Origin: Octopus vulgaris
Taxonomy: Eukaryota
DNA: 64,000 nucleotides
Direction: 5' to 3'
Assembly (NCBI GenBank): GCA_951406725.2
Contig: OX597830.1
Span: 30,070,001 to 30,134,000 of the forward strand
The notes under the pieces were generated by a model. It had not been told where the DNA came from. It did no database searches and worked only from the letters and a program-made list of their open reading frames with translations. The first letter of the stretch is position 1, and each line of letters begins with the position of its first letter. This document shows positions 1 to 12,030 of this stretch, piece by piece. Both the position numbers and the translations under genes were made by a program.

Positions 1-257
1 GCCCTTAATGGTGTACCAAATTGCCCAATTAAACAACTTAGTGCTCGATATTCCTGGAATTTTGGAATCTGTTCTTGGATAATGTATTACATAAATTAAC
101 ATAAATTAACATAAGTAACCTGTTAAGATATAACATGATAACATCTTTTTTTAAATATCGTAAAAATTTTCTTTACGTGCATTTCAAAACTCTCCACTGA
201 TCATGATTCGTCAGACGAAATCTATAGAAAATGAAAAACTGTTTAAAATAATATCCT

Positions 258-379
258 TATACGAGGATGGCGAAGTAGGATGCGTGAGATGGTCGAGGTC
301 GAACCTTGCTGGCTCTTAGCCAATCCCGGGACAAAACAAGAGTTAAATAACTACTGATGCAACAACAACAATAACAACA
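258..379 (+). mobile_element. Possible RTE-like LINE 3' end with (CAA)n tail
   Basis: Reads RGWRSRMREMVEVEP..., similar to the 'DR..WR' C-terminus of RTE ORFs. Ends in an (AAC)n tail at 360-379. Short and degenerate. Confidence 0.35.
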
Positions 380-407
380 GATCTATCGCAACATTTATTG
401 ACCTGTA

Positions 408-806
408 GGCGTAGGAGTGGCTGTGTGGTAAGTAGCTTGCCTATCAACCACATGATCCCGGGTTCAGTCCCACTGCATGGAACCTTGGGCAGGAGTCTTC
501 TACTATAGCCTCGGGCCGATCAAAGCCTTGTGAGTGGATTTGGTAGACGGAAACTGAAAGAACCCCGTCGTATATGTGTATATATATATATGCATGTGTG
601 TGTGTATGTTTGTGTGTCTGTGTGTGTCTCCCCAACATCGCTTGATAACCGATGCTGGTATATTTACGTCCCCGTTACTTAGTGGTTCGGCAAAAGAGAC
701 CGATAGAATAAGTACTAGGCTTACAAAGATTAAGTCCTGGGGTCGATTTGTGCTCCAGCATGGCCACAGTCAAATGACTGAAACAAGTAAAAGAGTAAAA
801 GAGTAA
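408..806 (+). mobile_element. tRNA-derived SINE, family A (octopus OK/OR-type)
   Basis: Head GGCGTAGGAGTGGCTGTGTGGTAAG (A box) and GGTTCAGTCCC (B-box-like), internal (TA)/(TG) tract, tail (AGTAAAAG)n. More than 10 alignable copies occur in the window. Confidence 0.9.
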
Positions 807-1577
807 TTGTTGACTGGAACTTAGAAAGATTGTGTGGACCGGGCATATTGCAAATTAGATGATAGAAGATAACACTATCATATTTCGTTCATCATTCTCC
901 CCCTTCTCTCTCTCTCTCTCTCTCTCTCTCTAGTTCTTTTATTCTCTTTCTCTCTCTAGCCTTTCTTTGCCTCTCTCTCTCTAGACTTTCTTTGCCTCTC
1001 TCTCTCTTTAACTCTCTTTCTCTTACACTGTATTTCAGCTTCTATGTGCATTCTTGTGTGTGTGTGTCTGTTTACATGTGTGTGTACGTGTGTGAGTGTT
1101 TCAGTGTTTATTTTTTTTTCCTGAGGTGTGTCTTTATATATCTCTTAATCTCGCGAACTTGCTTGGCCAAATGTGAGTGTAATCCACCGATATCAATTCA
1201 AATATTAAATTTGATATTTGTCTGTGGGAGAGTTAGAAAATAACTGATGAATTTCTTATAGATTTTTTAAGCTAACACGTGAATGACTGAATTACGATAT
1301 CATTCTACATCTCCAATTTATGGTTTGTGTCCATATTGGGTAGATGATTCGCATCTTTGGCACCGTCTCAAAAAATGAACTAAAATCAAAGTAAATAAAA
1401 GCAAAGAAACGATAACAAAAATTAATATGAACTCCTTCTGTATCTTAATTTAAGACAGCATCGATTCCTTTCATACTTATCTGCCGCAAAGAAATTAACG
1501 GGATAATTTACTAATATTTAATATTGACTATCTAACAAATAATTCCTGATTGGCCTTTAATTCACTTCTGGCTCCTA

Positions 1578-1720
1578 CGTATACATACACAAATACATAC
1601 ATACATACATACATACATACATACATACATACATACATACATACATACATGTATACATACATTCATATATACATACGTACATAGATACAATATATATACA
1701 TACATATATTTATATATATA
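1578..1720. repeat. (TACA)n / (TA)n microsatellite
   Basis: Direct tandem repeat. Confidence 0.95.
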
Positions 1721-2261
1721 TGTATTCATATCAGCATGAATGTGCGTGTTTTCTTTTTTTTTCTAACGAAAGAGAGGCCTATTTGTAGAATTAAAAAGAG
1801 AGAGAGAGAGAAACAGAGACAGTATTAAGCAAGGATATTGTTACAGAAATTGAAATAATCAGGACTCTAAAACCATTCTCATAACCTTATTACACAGATT
1901 CCTTTTTACTGTGACCTAAAATATTGTTGCATTTTATCATCTTTTCTTTCGAAATGTCTTGATAACTGAAACAATATATCTAGGTACTCAGTGATACATA
2001 CATATACATATATATACATACAAACATATATATATGAATGTATGTGTATATATATATGCATGTATGTGTAAATGTAAATGGATATACGTAAATATACATA
2101 TATGTATGTATATAAATGTTCATGTGTGTATAAACGTTTGTATATGTATGTATGTATGCATATATATATATATTGCATATATGTGTGTATATGTCTGTGT
2201 ATGTCTACATAAATGCATACATATATACTTAGAAATGTACATACATATTCATGCATAGACA

Positions 2262-2293
<32 letters not shown>

Positions 2294-2295
<2 letters not shown>

Positions 2296-2475
2296 ATTTT
2301 TGCGTAATAATATAAAAAACCAAGGGTGTGTAGATATTAGAGCATTTATAGATAGAAGGTCTTACAGCTGTTTCTAGGATATTTATTAATCATATCCCTT
2401 CATCGGAGACGGTGTGAGAGGATGGTTAAAGCATAGTCAGTTGAGATGGGTCTCAATGACACCATTATTTCTTTT
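2294..2475 (-). mobile_element. Penelope-like pLTR fragment embedded in (TA)n
   Basis: Bounded by (TA)n on both sides and carries a minimal hammerhead motif at 2359-2410. Confidence 0.6.
2359..2410 (-). ncRNA. Minimal type I hammerhead ribozyme motif (one core substitution)
   Basis: Minus strand reads GTCT-CCGATGA-AGGGATAT(gattaataa)ATATCCTA-GAAAC-AGCT-GTA-AGAC. Stem I is GTCT/AGAC, stem II is GGATAT/ATATCC, and stem III is the palindrome ACAGCTGT. The core is CCGAUGA instead of CUGAUGA. Confidence 0.7.
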
Positions 2476-2488
2476 ATATATATATATA

Positions 2489-2880
2489 GGTGCAAGAGTG
2501 GCTCTGTAGTAAGAACCTTGCTTACCAATTACATGTTTCCGGGTTCAGTCCCACAGCGGGGCACCTTGAGCCAGTGTCTTCTACTATTGCTTCGGGCCGG
2601 CCAAAACCTTGTGATTGAATTTGGTAGACGGAAACTGAAAGAAATCCGTCGTATATATGTGTGTTTGAATACATATTTGTGAGTTTGGGTTTGTCTCCCA
2701 TCCATCGATTGACACCGATGTTGGTGGGTTTACGTCCCCGTTACTTAGTGCTTCGGCAAAAGAGCCCAATGGAATAGGTACTAGGCTTACAAAGGATATG
2801 TCCTTAGATTAGTTTGTTCGATTAAAGGCGGTGCTCCAGCATGGCCGCAGTCAAAATACTGAAACACGTTAAATAATAAA
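2489..2880 (+). mobile_element. SINE family A copy
   Basis: Aligns along its length with 408-806 and 29570-29997. Confidence 0.9.
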
Positions 2881-2936
2881 AATATATATACTTATATATA
2901 TGCATGTGTGTCTATGTATGTATTCATATGTATGAG

Positions 2937-2985
<49 letters not shown>

Positions 2986-3129
2986 GTGCATATACGCTCA
3001 CATGGATTAATGATTTTTGTTGTTGTTTTCTTACCTAAATTTTATAAATTAAAAGTTTCTCACAGCTGTTATTCCTATGGTGTTTGGCCACTGAATATTT
3101 CCCATAAATATGCTCCTTTTTATCAACAC

Positions 3130-3592
3130 CACCACTGCAGCGGCTGCTGCGGCTGCTGCTACTGCTGCAACTACCAACACCGCCGCATTAACATTACAGT
3201 TGTTGCTGTTGTTGTTATTGTTGTCTTCGTTATAATACTTTATGTTCTTGTTGGGAGGCCATTATCTTCATATCCGCATCATCATCATCAGCATCGTCAC
3301 GTCGCCAGCACCTCTACCATCACCACCACCACCACCACCACCACCACCATCACCATACCCACCACCGCTACCACCACCACCACCACCACCACACCCACCA
3401 CCGCTACCACCACCACCACCACCACCATCATCGTCACCGTCGTCGTCGTCGTCTTCGTGGTCGTTGACGTCATTTATCGTCACCCTCGTTATCATCATCA
3501 TCATCATCATCATCATAATCATCATCATCGTTGTCATAATCATCATCGTCGTCATCATCATCGTCGTCGTCATCATCATTATCATCATCGAC
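3130..3592. repeat. Compound trinucleotide microsatellite (CTG/GTT/CAC/CGT/CAT)
   Basis: Successive triplet blocks. This is the source of the poly-P/T/H/I/M ORFs in the track. Confidence 0.9.
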
Positions 3593-4309
3593 TATTTTGT
3601 CATTACAATTCTTTTAGTTCGATAAACAGTTTTACTTTCTTTTTCTTTTTATTTTTTGATTTTTATTTTGTTTTACTTTTTCTTTTCGTATTCTTGTTTA
3701 TTTAGTATATTTTCCTTTTTTTTTTAATTTCTGTTTGCTACTTATCTTCTCATTTTCCTTTTCATTCTTTTCAATAATATCAATACTAAACCTAAATATG
3801 CAACTTGAATCCAGGCCAAAGCATTTGTTGCCTTAAATTAAGATCTTGTCAATCATGTTTAATATTTAATTCACCTATTTTTTCTTCTGAACTCAATATT
3901 ACTGGCTGTCGACCCACGATCCTATCTACCAATACACAAACGTCAATTTTTCTTCTGTTTTTCTTCCATTTTATTTTCCTTTTTTTTTTTCATCAACATA
4001 TACTTACACTCTTCTAACAAACCTTCACACATGCGCATTGCAACGGAATTCCAATTACCATATTTAAACCACGTCCGAAAAAGAAATTTCATGTGTCTTT
4101 CTATTAACCCATTTATATTTCACTGAATGCTCTACAAAGAAATTAAACTGTCAAGTAACTTTTATGTGGTAGCACAAATGAGAGTTTTGCCAAATTGAAA
4201 GAGAATTAGACAGAGATATTTACCGATTGTTTTACAAGGTGGCTTCGCAACCGCGTGGTTTTGTGTTCGATCACGCTATCATCATTGTATCTAGCTTTGG
4301 CTTGGTTAA

Positions 4310-4742
4310 GGCAGCGAGCAGGCAGAAATGTTAGCACACCGGGTGAAATGCTCTGCGGTATTTCGCCTGCCGCTACGTTCTGAGCTCAAATTCAGCCAGG
4401 TCGTCTTTCATCCTTGTCCGGGTCGATAAATTAAGTACCAGTTACGCACTGGTGTCGATATAATCGACTTAATCCCTTTATCTGTCCTTGTTTGTCCTTT
4501 CTGTGTTTAGCCCCTTGAGGGTAGTAAAGAAATAGGTATTTCGTCTGCCGTTACGTTCTGAGTTCAAATTCCGCCGAGGTTGACTTTGCCTTTCATCCTT
4601 TCGGGGTCGATAAACTAAGTACCAGTTGCGTACTGGGGTCGATCTAATCGACTGACCCCCTCTCCAAAAAATTCGGACGTTGTGCCTAGAGTAAAAAAGA
4701 ATAATTTTAAGGCAGCGAGGTGCCTAGAATATAACAGAATAT
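4310..4742 (+). mobile_element. SINE family B concatemer (GGCGGCGAGCTGGCAGAA head; GCCTTTCATCCTTTCGGGGTCGATAAA central domain)
   Basis: Full unit, then a partial unit restarting at GTATTTCGTCTG (4536), then a mini unit at 4707-4742. Flanked by CTTTGGCTTGGTT (4295-4307) and CTTTGACTTGGTT (4743-4755). Confidence 0.85.
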
Positions 4743-4833
4743 CTTTGACTTGGTTTATTCAGTGGACTGCGACCATGCTGGAGCACGCTTTGGAAAGTAT
4801 AGTCGAACAAGTCGATCACAGTACTTAGTTCTT

Positions 4834-5026
4834 TTAAACCATTAGCAGTTGACAGTTTATTCTGTCAAGTGTAATGCTTATTTATTCAATTTCATTTTTC
4901 AATTAATCGTGCATTATTTTATATCTTCAGGATTTCAGTGGCTGGATTATTTATTTTTACAATGACATTGTACGGTATGTGTGAGAAGCCAGATAAGACT
5001 AATTTGAACATAAAACAAATAGAATG
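4834..5026. mobile_element. Possible degenerate TTAA-type (piggyBac-like) MITE remnant
   Basis: Begins TTAAACCATTAGCA, which resembles TTAACCCTTTAGCA-type termini. The right terminus is not visible. Confidence 0.3.
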
Positions 5027-5267
5027 AACCTCGCAGTAACTAGTGGTGGTTTCTCCTCTAAATAAGTACATATAATACACATTAGATGGCAGGATGGCAT
5101 TAAACTACACGAAAAGATAATGAAAGAGAGTGTCATTAAATTATTAACGTTATAGAAGCTTTCTTTGTGTTCGATAAGTTAAAATGTTGGTAGTTGATTT
5201 TATAATAATTAAGTATCAGGTCCAAACACATTCAGTGGTTATATCTTCAAAAACGTTCCAGCAACGG

Positions 5268-6173
5268 CTATCCTGTGTTCTGATTGTCCTTGCACAGGGG
5301 TCAACCGGGCGCCCGTTTGCGACGTGAACAGGGATTAATCTTCTCCCTTCGCTCTTTTGCTCCATATGGGCTCAACTCCCTTCCCTCTTCATCTAACCTC
5401 CTCTCCTTTCCTCTCTCTCCCTTACACCTACTTCCTCCCACCCACTTCTCCCCTCTTGCTCCGACTCCTACTTCTCTTCATGTCTACTCTCCTTCTCTCT
5501 TCTCGTCACTCCTACCCACCTTTTCCCTTTCCCCTTCATCGTCACCCCTCCCTCGTGATCCCAGCCCACCCCAACACAATCCAACCCCACTTTCCCTATC
5601 TATAGCACACCACCCCATCCCTTACACCCCCTCCCACATACCCCACCTCTCAGTCTAGCCCATTCCCCACCCTCACTTTTCCCACTATTGCTTCCCCCAC
5701 CTCCCAACACCATCACACCATACACCACCATACAACACAATATCATATCACATCACATCACACCACCACGTACACACTAGCACTGACCACTTCCCAGTCC
5801 CACATCCACACACACATACACACACGCACACGTCAAGGCTACCAGCCCTATTCCACACACACATATATGCTCTCTTATACACACACACGCGCACCTACGT
5901 TTTGGGATCACTACTACTTTATTATCTCCCCTTCTTCCTAGCTCTCCTGTCTGCTCCCTCTGTCCGGCATTCACCATGATGGATCTCTAGCCACTACACA
6001 TTCTTTATTTTTTCTCCTCGTTTCTTTCTGTGTTTCTTTCTGTGGAAGAGCATAGGCTCCAAACGTTAGAGACTTTTTCACTTCCCAACCGTTAAACAAA
6101 TACATCTGTTTGTTGTTTACACTACCTGCCTTCATCTTTTGTTTTTTGGGTTTTTTTTGCGAATTCTCCCTAT
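5268..6173 (+). mobile_element. Penelope-like element 3' end: GIY-YIG endonuclease C-terminus plus pLTR
   Basis: The ORF at 5284 reads SLHRGQPGARLRREQGLIFSLRSFAPYGLNSLP, matching the 'RE..LIF.L.T..P.GLN' end of Penelope/Neptune GIY-YIG domains. It is followed by a C-rich 3' region and a degenerate hammerhead at 6035-6072. Confidence 0.8.
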
Positions 6174-6295
6174 CTACTGAATTACATTGGCAAATTAGCC
6201 TTAGAGCGTATAGTCTGCATTACTGCATCAAGATTCGACAATCCTCAGTATTCTTGGACAAAATACAGGGTTTCATATATCTGCTTTTACTTTAA

Positions 6296-6670
6296 GGCGG
6301 CGAGCTGGCAGAAACGTTAGTACGCCGGGTGAAATGCTTAGCGGTATTTCGTCTGCCACTACGTTCTGAGTTCAAACTCCGACGAGGTTGACTTTGCCTT
6401 TCATCCTATCGGGGTCGATAAATTACTTACCAGTTACGCACTGGGGTCGATATAATCGACTTAATCCGTGTGTCTGTCCTTGTTTTTTCCTCTCTATGAT
6501 TTGCCCCTTGTGGGTAGTAAAGAAATAGGCATTTCGTCTGGCTTTACGTTCTGAGATCAAATTCCGCTGAGATCGACTTTGCCTTTCTTCCTTTCGGTTG
6601 CGTACTGGGGTCTATCAACTCGACTGGCATCCTTTCCAAAAATTTCGGGTCTTGTGCCTAGAGTAGAAAA
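6296..6670 (+). mobile_element. SINE family B dimer
   Basis: Same two-unit structure and the same AAAGAAATAG|G(C/T)ATTTCGTCTG junction as 4310-4742. Imperfect TSD at 6277-6293 / 6671-6687. Confidence 0.9.
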
Positions 6671-6857
6671 ATATTTGTTCTTACTTTCAATATGACCGTG
6701 TTATGCTTCCTTATACTTTAAAAAAGAAAAGTTTTAACTTCAAAGACGCCTCCTTTATTTACATTACTTAGCACTCATTTTAAGGTTTGACTAACATTCA
6801 GGGATGAAGAAAATTCCCTGAAAATTTATTCAAAGTGATTTAAGTATAAGTATGCAT

Positions 6858-7370
<513 letters not shown>

Positions 7371-8203
7371 TGAAAGCGTTTGCCCTAGTGGCCAGGTTGT
7401 TGGGTCCACTATTCTAAAGCTGTGGAATCGGCAGCAAGCATTTCTCTTCACATTTCTCCGATTTACTGAGATGAAAATATCTACCATAATATTTCTGATG
7501 CCATTCCCTTTCATTTCGTAGTTTCAAGGAGGGAGCACATGAATAAGTTCCTCTTTCCGTATGTAATTTGATTCAACTCTTAATTAAATCTGCAAATGTG
7601 TAAAAGCATTTGACTCTACCTGCTATACATATATGTATTTATGTATGCATTTATATAGTTATACTTTGAACAAATACATCATATAAATGAATTGTCCTGC
7701 GTTTCGTGTTCTTGAGGTATACAATTCATCGTATACCCTAGCCTATTTACCTCAAATTGTAGGGTTGTGACGGTATTGGAACCTGTCTTTTGAAATGTAA
7801 GTTAGAATAGATACGAGTAGGAATCGAACGAACTTGGCTAATTCACATCACAGCAGTTTACCATGTAGGCTACGGTGAAGATCAGGCGAGACACAAATTA
7901 AATAAAACTTGAGACACTTATTGGTACTTCAGCTTTCCTTCACTGTCTGTCGCTCAATATAAATGTTTATTGAAATTGTGTCATTCAATAATAAGTATCA
8001 TCGACCGCGAAGTCATTTGGATTACTGGTTGACTGTTCTAAACGTCACTTGGTCTGATGAAGAAAACCCACCGACACAGACACAAACACTCACTCACATA
8101 TGTATGGTTATATACGTAGATATGAATCTATATAAGCATATATGTGCATGCATGTATATATATGTGTATACGTGTATGTATACTATATGTATATGTATAT
8201 ATG

Positions 8204-8245
<42 letters not shown>

Positions 8246-8983
8246 CATAAATATATATATATGCATGTATGTATGTATATATATTTATGTATATGTATGT
8301 ATTATATGGTATAAAATTAACTGCAGACAATCAATGTTCCAATCATGAAAATATCACAGGAAATTATATTATATTAAATACGTATCTGGTCACAAAGATA
8401 TATATACATATACATACACACACACATATATATATATATCATATTCTTTTTATTATGCAGATGTGCATATAAGTATTTGTACACACACAAATACGCACAT
8501 ATATATATATGCGTTTGTCTCTGTAGATATGTATGTATACGTCTCTGTAAACGTGCACATGTGTGTATGTCTGGATGATCTTACTTTCGTAGATTATATA
8601 CAGTAATGAAAAATATCTAAAATACATAAGGTACCTACATATATAAAATAATAATTTGTAATTACCTATCCGTTGAAATATTCCAGGCTACTGGTAGACA
8701 AAGCCTCCTTCCAGTAAGTGTCTGAAACACTACCCAAAATTCACTTTACAAATCTCAGGAGTTGCATGCTTTTTGAACAATAGAGGAAAGGCTATTCGCA
8801 AACACTTAGGTCTTCAAAGCAACTTGGCAAATAACGGTCATGTTTCGGTCTTAGTAGACCTCTTCAGTGTGGTGTTTAGTTTCTGTGTACATACATATAT
8901 ATTTACACGCGCGTACTCACACACACACATACACACACACAGATATGTACGTGTCTGTTTGTGTTTAAACATATACATTTAGC

Positions 8984-9057
<74 letters not shown>

Positions 9058-9458
9058 ATATATATATACAAAGCTATATATACGTCTATGGAGGTGTGTA
9101 TACATATACGTCTATGTAAGTTTCAATTCATACATGAGTGTCGCTTCGAGAGAAAGTAAACAAACAACTAGCGGCAACTGAAACCTACCTTAAATGTAAA
9201 ATCGAATTCTCAAATCCGGAAAATTAGAAAACATAAACACGTAAAACAATAGATTACTATATTATCAGATTTAGGAAAGGTTCTTGCCTATTTTCAAGTT
9301 TGATTTAGAGATTTAATTTTCGGGAATTTTTATTTGTCGAAAACTCATGTTTCCAAGGTTACTAATACTTTTGGTGGAAATGTAAATTAATATCCTTGCA
9401 GTGAAGCTGTAGCATGATTCGAAGTGTGTATGTGCGAGTGTGGGCGTCTACACACACG

Positions 9459-9490
<32 letters not shown>

Positions 9491-10471
9491 CAGGAAGAGG
9501 TAGATTGAAAGATAGATACAGAGAGGGGTATAAGAGCGAATGGAAAGGAATAGAGAGGAGTAGGCAGAGTGGAGACAGAGCCGAGAGTACACTTTGATTG
9601 AGTATTTTCTATGCATGTTCTTACGTATTTCAGGCATTATTTCAAGTATATTACATTCGTTTAATGTTCATAAATTGGCATGCAGTAAAGATTCGTGTAT
9701 GTGCGTGTTTGTCTCTGTGTATGTGTGTATATGTGTGTGCGGTATGTACATGGGTCTTATTCTTTATGTATATATTACACAAGTTTATCCAACGCTTTTT
9801 CGTTTTTTTTTTTTTTGGTTGTTTTTCGTTTTTTGTTATTTTCTTCTGCAATCACACACATCCCACATTTTCCAGAACATCAATTTACATTCGCTTTCAA
9901 TAATCTCTATAATATTATGAGAAAAACACACAAAAAATAATAACATCGTTCATTTGCACTATCTTTCGTTTTTTTCAAACTTCGTTACATTAATTCGTTA
10001 CTTTAACTAAGACGGAAATATTTCGTAAATATTTCTGAAATAAAATAGAAAAAAAAATATATACATATACATACTTTCGCGAAAATAAACTTCTCAGGAA
10101 ATAAGAATGAATAGCGTTTTGTCATTGGTAGTATCCTAGTGAATACAAACTTTTTCTAAAATCCTTCATTTAGATATTAATATTATCACACTTTTTCAAC
10201 AGCTGAATAGAATTTGCTTCTTTGAAGACGTTAATCAAAATGAGTAGGAAATCCGGCACTGGATTAAGACTGAAGAGCAAATACGTGTGTTTTGAAATTT
10301 ATTTTTATTTTATTGAATTATTTATTTTTCAATACGGTATATAGATACAAACATCACACTTGTCATGTTCGATGGCATGCTCCGTGAAAAATTCAACTCT
10401 CTTCCTTTACTTACTTTAATAGAAAAGTATACAAGGAGCCCAATAGGCAGTGCAGAGACGTATGCGTATGC

Positions 10472-10502
<31 letters not shown>

Positions 10503-11023
10503 CAACAAACACATACATGTATACATGGCCACTTGCTCATATGTACATGTGTGTATGTTTTTGTATATTTTTGTACGTCTGTATATGTGAGTGGCTTGTG
10601 TATATATATATATATTCCTGTACATTTCCAAATACAAATGCAAATATACACGAATACAAATATATCATAGACACATAATCACATCCTTGCACATGCTTTT
10701 CCTCCCTGTGTCTATCTTTGAATATAAAAACCTATACACACATACGCACATATATGTATCTGTTTAAACATTCATTAATGCATGCATATATGTGTGTGCG
10801 TGTGTGTGTATATTTATATATATGTATATATATATATATATATCTTCATACACACGGGGCATGTGTGGGAGTGGGAATGCGTAAGTACACGTGCGTGTAT
10901 GTATAGAGGTGTCACTCAGTAGACACCTATGCAGAAATAATTAAATAGTATACGTAAATTTGTGATTAGAATATACAAATAACCACTTCAATTTTGGATT
11001 TAAGATGGTACGATGAAAGTGGG

Positions 11024-11065
<42 letters not shown>

Positions 11066-11247
11066 GTATACATACATATGTATGTGTGTATGTATGTATG
11101 TGTGCAAATGTGAGAGAGTGGGTGTGCGTGTCTATGTGTGTATGTGTTTGTGTGTGTCTATATACGTTCAATCATATTTACATATTACTAGTATACATGA
11201 ATACTGCCGAGTTCTCTCTCTCACACGCACACATTCAAACGCACACG

Positions 11248-11287
<40 letters not shown>

Positions 11288-11384
11288 GGTTGTACGAAAT
11301 GCATGTGCTTTTAGTTAGATATACACATGTGATAAAGTGCATTAAAGATAACATATCGTAGCTTCAAGTTCCATTTTATTTGTT

Positions 11385-11616
11385 CACTCCGTATCGTGAG
11401 GCCCACAAAACCGCAGCACGATCTCTCAAGCCAGCTCTATTTTCTGCTACTCTTCTGATCTCATTCCAGCTTCTCCACCCTTCTAATCTCCTTTCCTTGT
11501 CAATGGGGTTTTAGGACATCCTGCTCATTTCCCCTCAGAGCATCATTTTAGTTCCACTATACAATCACTTTCTCAATCTTCTCTGAGGGCTTGTCGATCC
11601 ACTTCCAGCGCCTGCG
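11385..11616 (-). mobile_element. RTE-clade LINE 3' end, degenerate
   Basis: Minus strand reads RRRWKWID..LRED.ESDCIVEL...GK.AGCPKT...GWRSWNE across stops and frameshifts. Paralogous to 11682-12030. Confidence 0.7.
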
Positions 11617-11681
11617 TTACAGAAACCACAACACACTTTGGGGTAACGACACCTTTAACACCACTGTTACGTACCTCGGGT

Positions 11682-12030
11682 TTAGCTGTTTGTCTCCAAG
11701 CCATGTGGATCATAATGTCGCAACGCGATCTCTTCAGCCAGCTCTGTAATCTGCCATTGTTCTGCTCTCATTCCAGCTTCTCCTAATTTTCTATCTCCTC
11801 CCCATTTCACGTCTTTCCTTGTAATGTTCCTTCGTCGTGTAGTTTTAGGGCGCCCTACTGCTCTTTCCCTCTCTGGATACCTCTTTAGAGCCATTATACA
11901 ATTGCTTTCACGATCTTGTCTGAGGATGTTTCTGATCCAGTTCCAATGTCTGCATTTTATTTCGTCTCTGATCTTTTTGATGTCCGTTGTCATCTAGATT
12001 CTGTCATTTCAGACTCTTTGCAGCCACTTG
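11682..12030 (-). mobile_element. RTE-clade LINE 3' end, degenerate
   Basis: Reads DEIKCRHWNWIRNILRQDRESNCIMAL..PE.ERAVGRPKTT.RR, the typical RTE C-terminal 'RRW.W.GH.LR...W.P.G.R..GRPK.TW' region. Confidence 0.8.

Noticed and set aside
1-90. Possible R4/Dong-like LINE C-terminal fragment on the minus strand
   Set aside because: The resemblance needs several frameshifts over about 30 codons and is cut by the window edge.
408-480. tRNA genes at SINE heads (also 16534, 30600-30677, 36765)
   Set aside because: A and B boxes are present, but there is no complete cloverleaf and they continue into SINE bodies.
2908-3705. 265-aa ORF and overlapping poly-Pro/Gly/His ORFs (extensin- or formin-like)
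   Set aside because: Several frames on both strands are open only because they are triplet microsatellites. The same applies to 28780-29411, 39852-40535, 56060-56676 and all YI/CV/HT/YLSI ORFs.
10264-10310. CTGAAGA...GAAA hammerhead-like spacing
   Set aside because: Stems I and III do not pair convincingly; expected by chance in AT-rich DNA.
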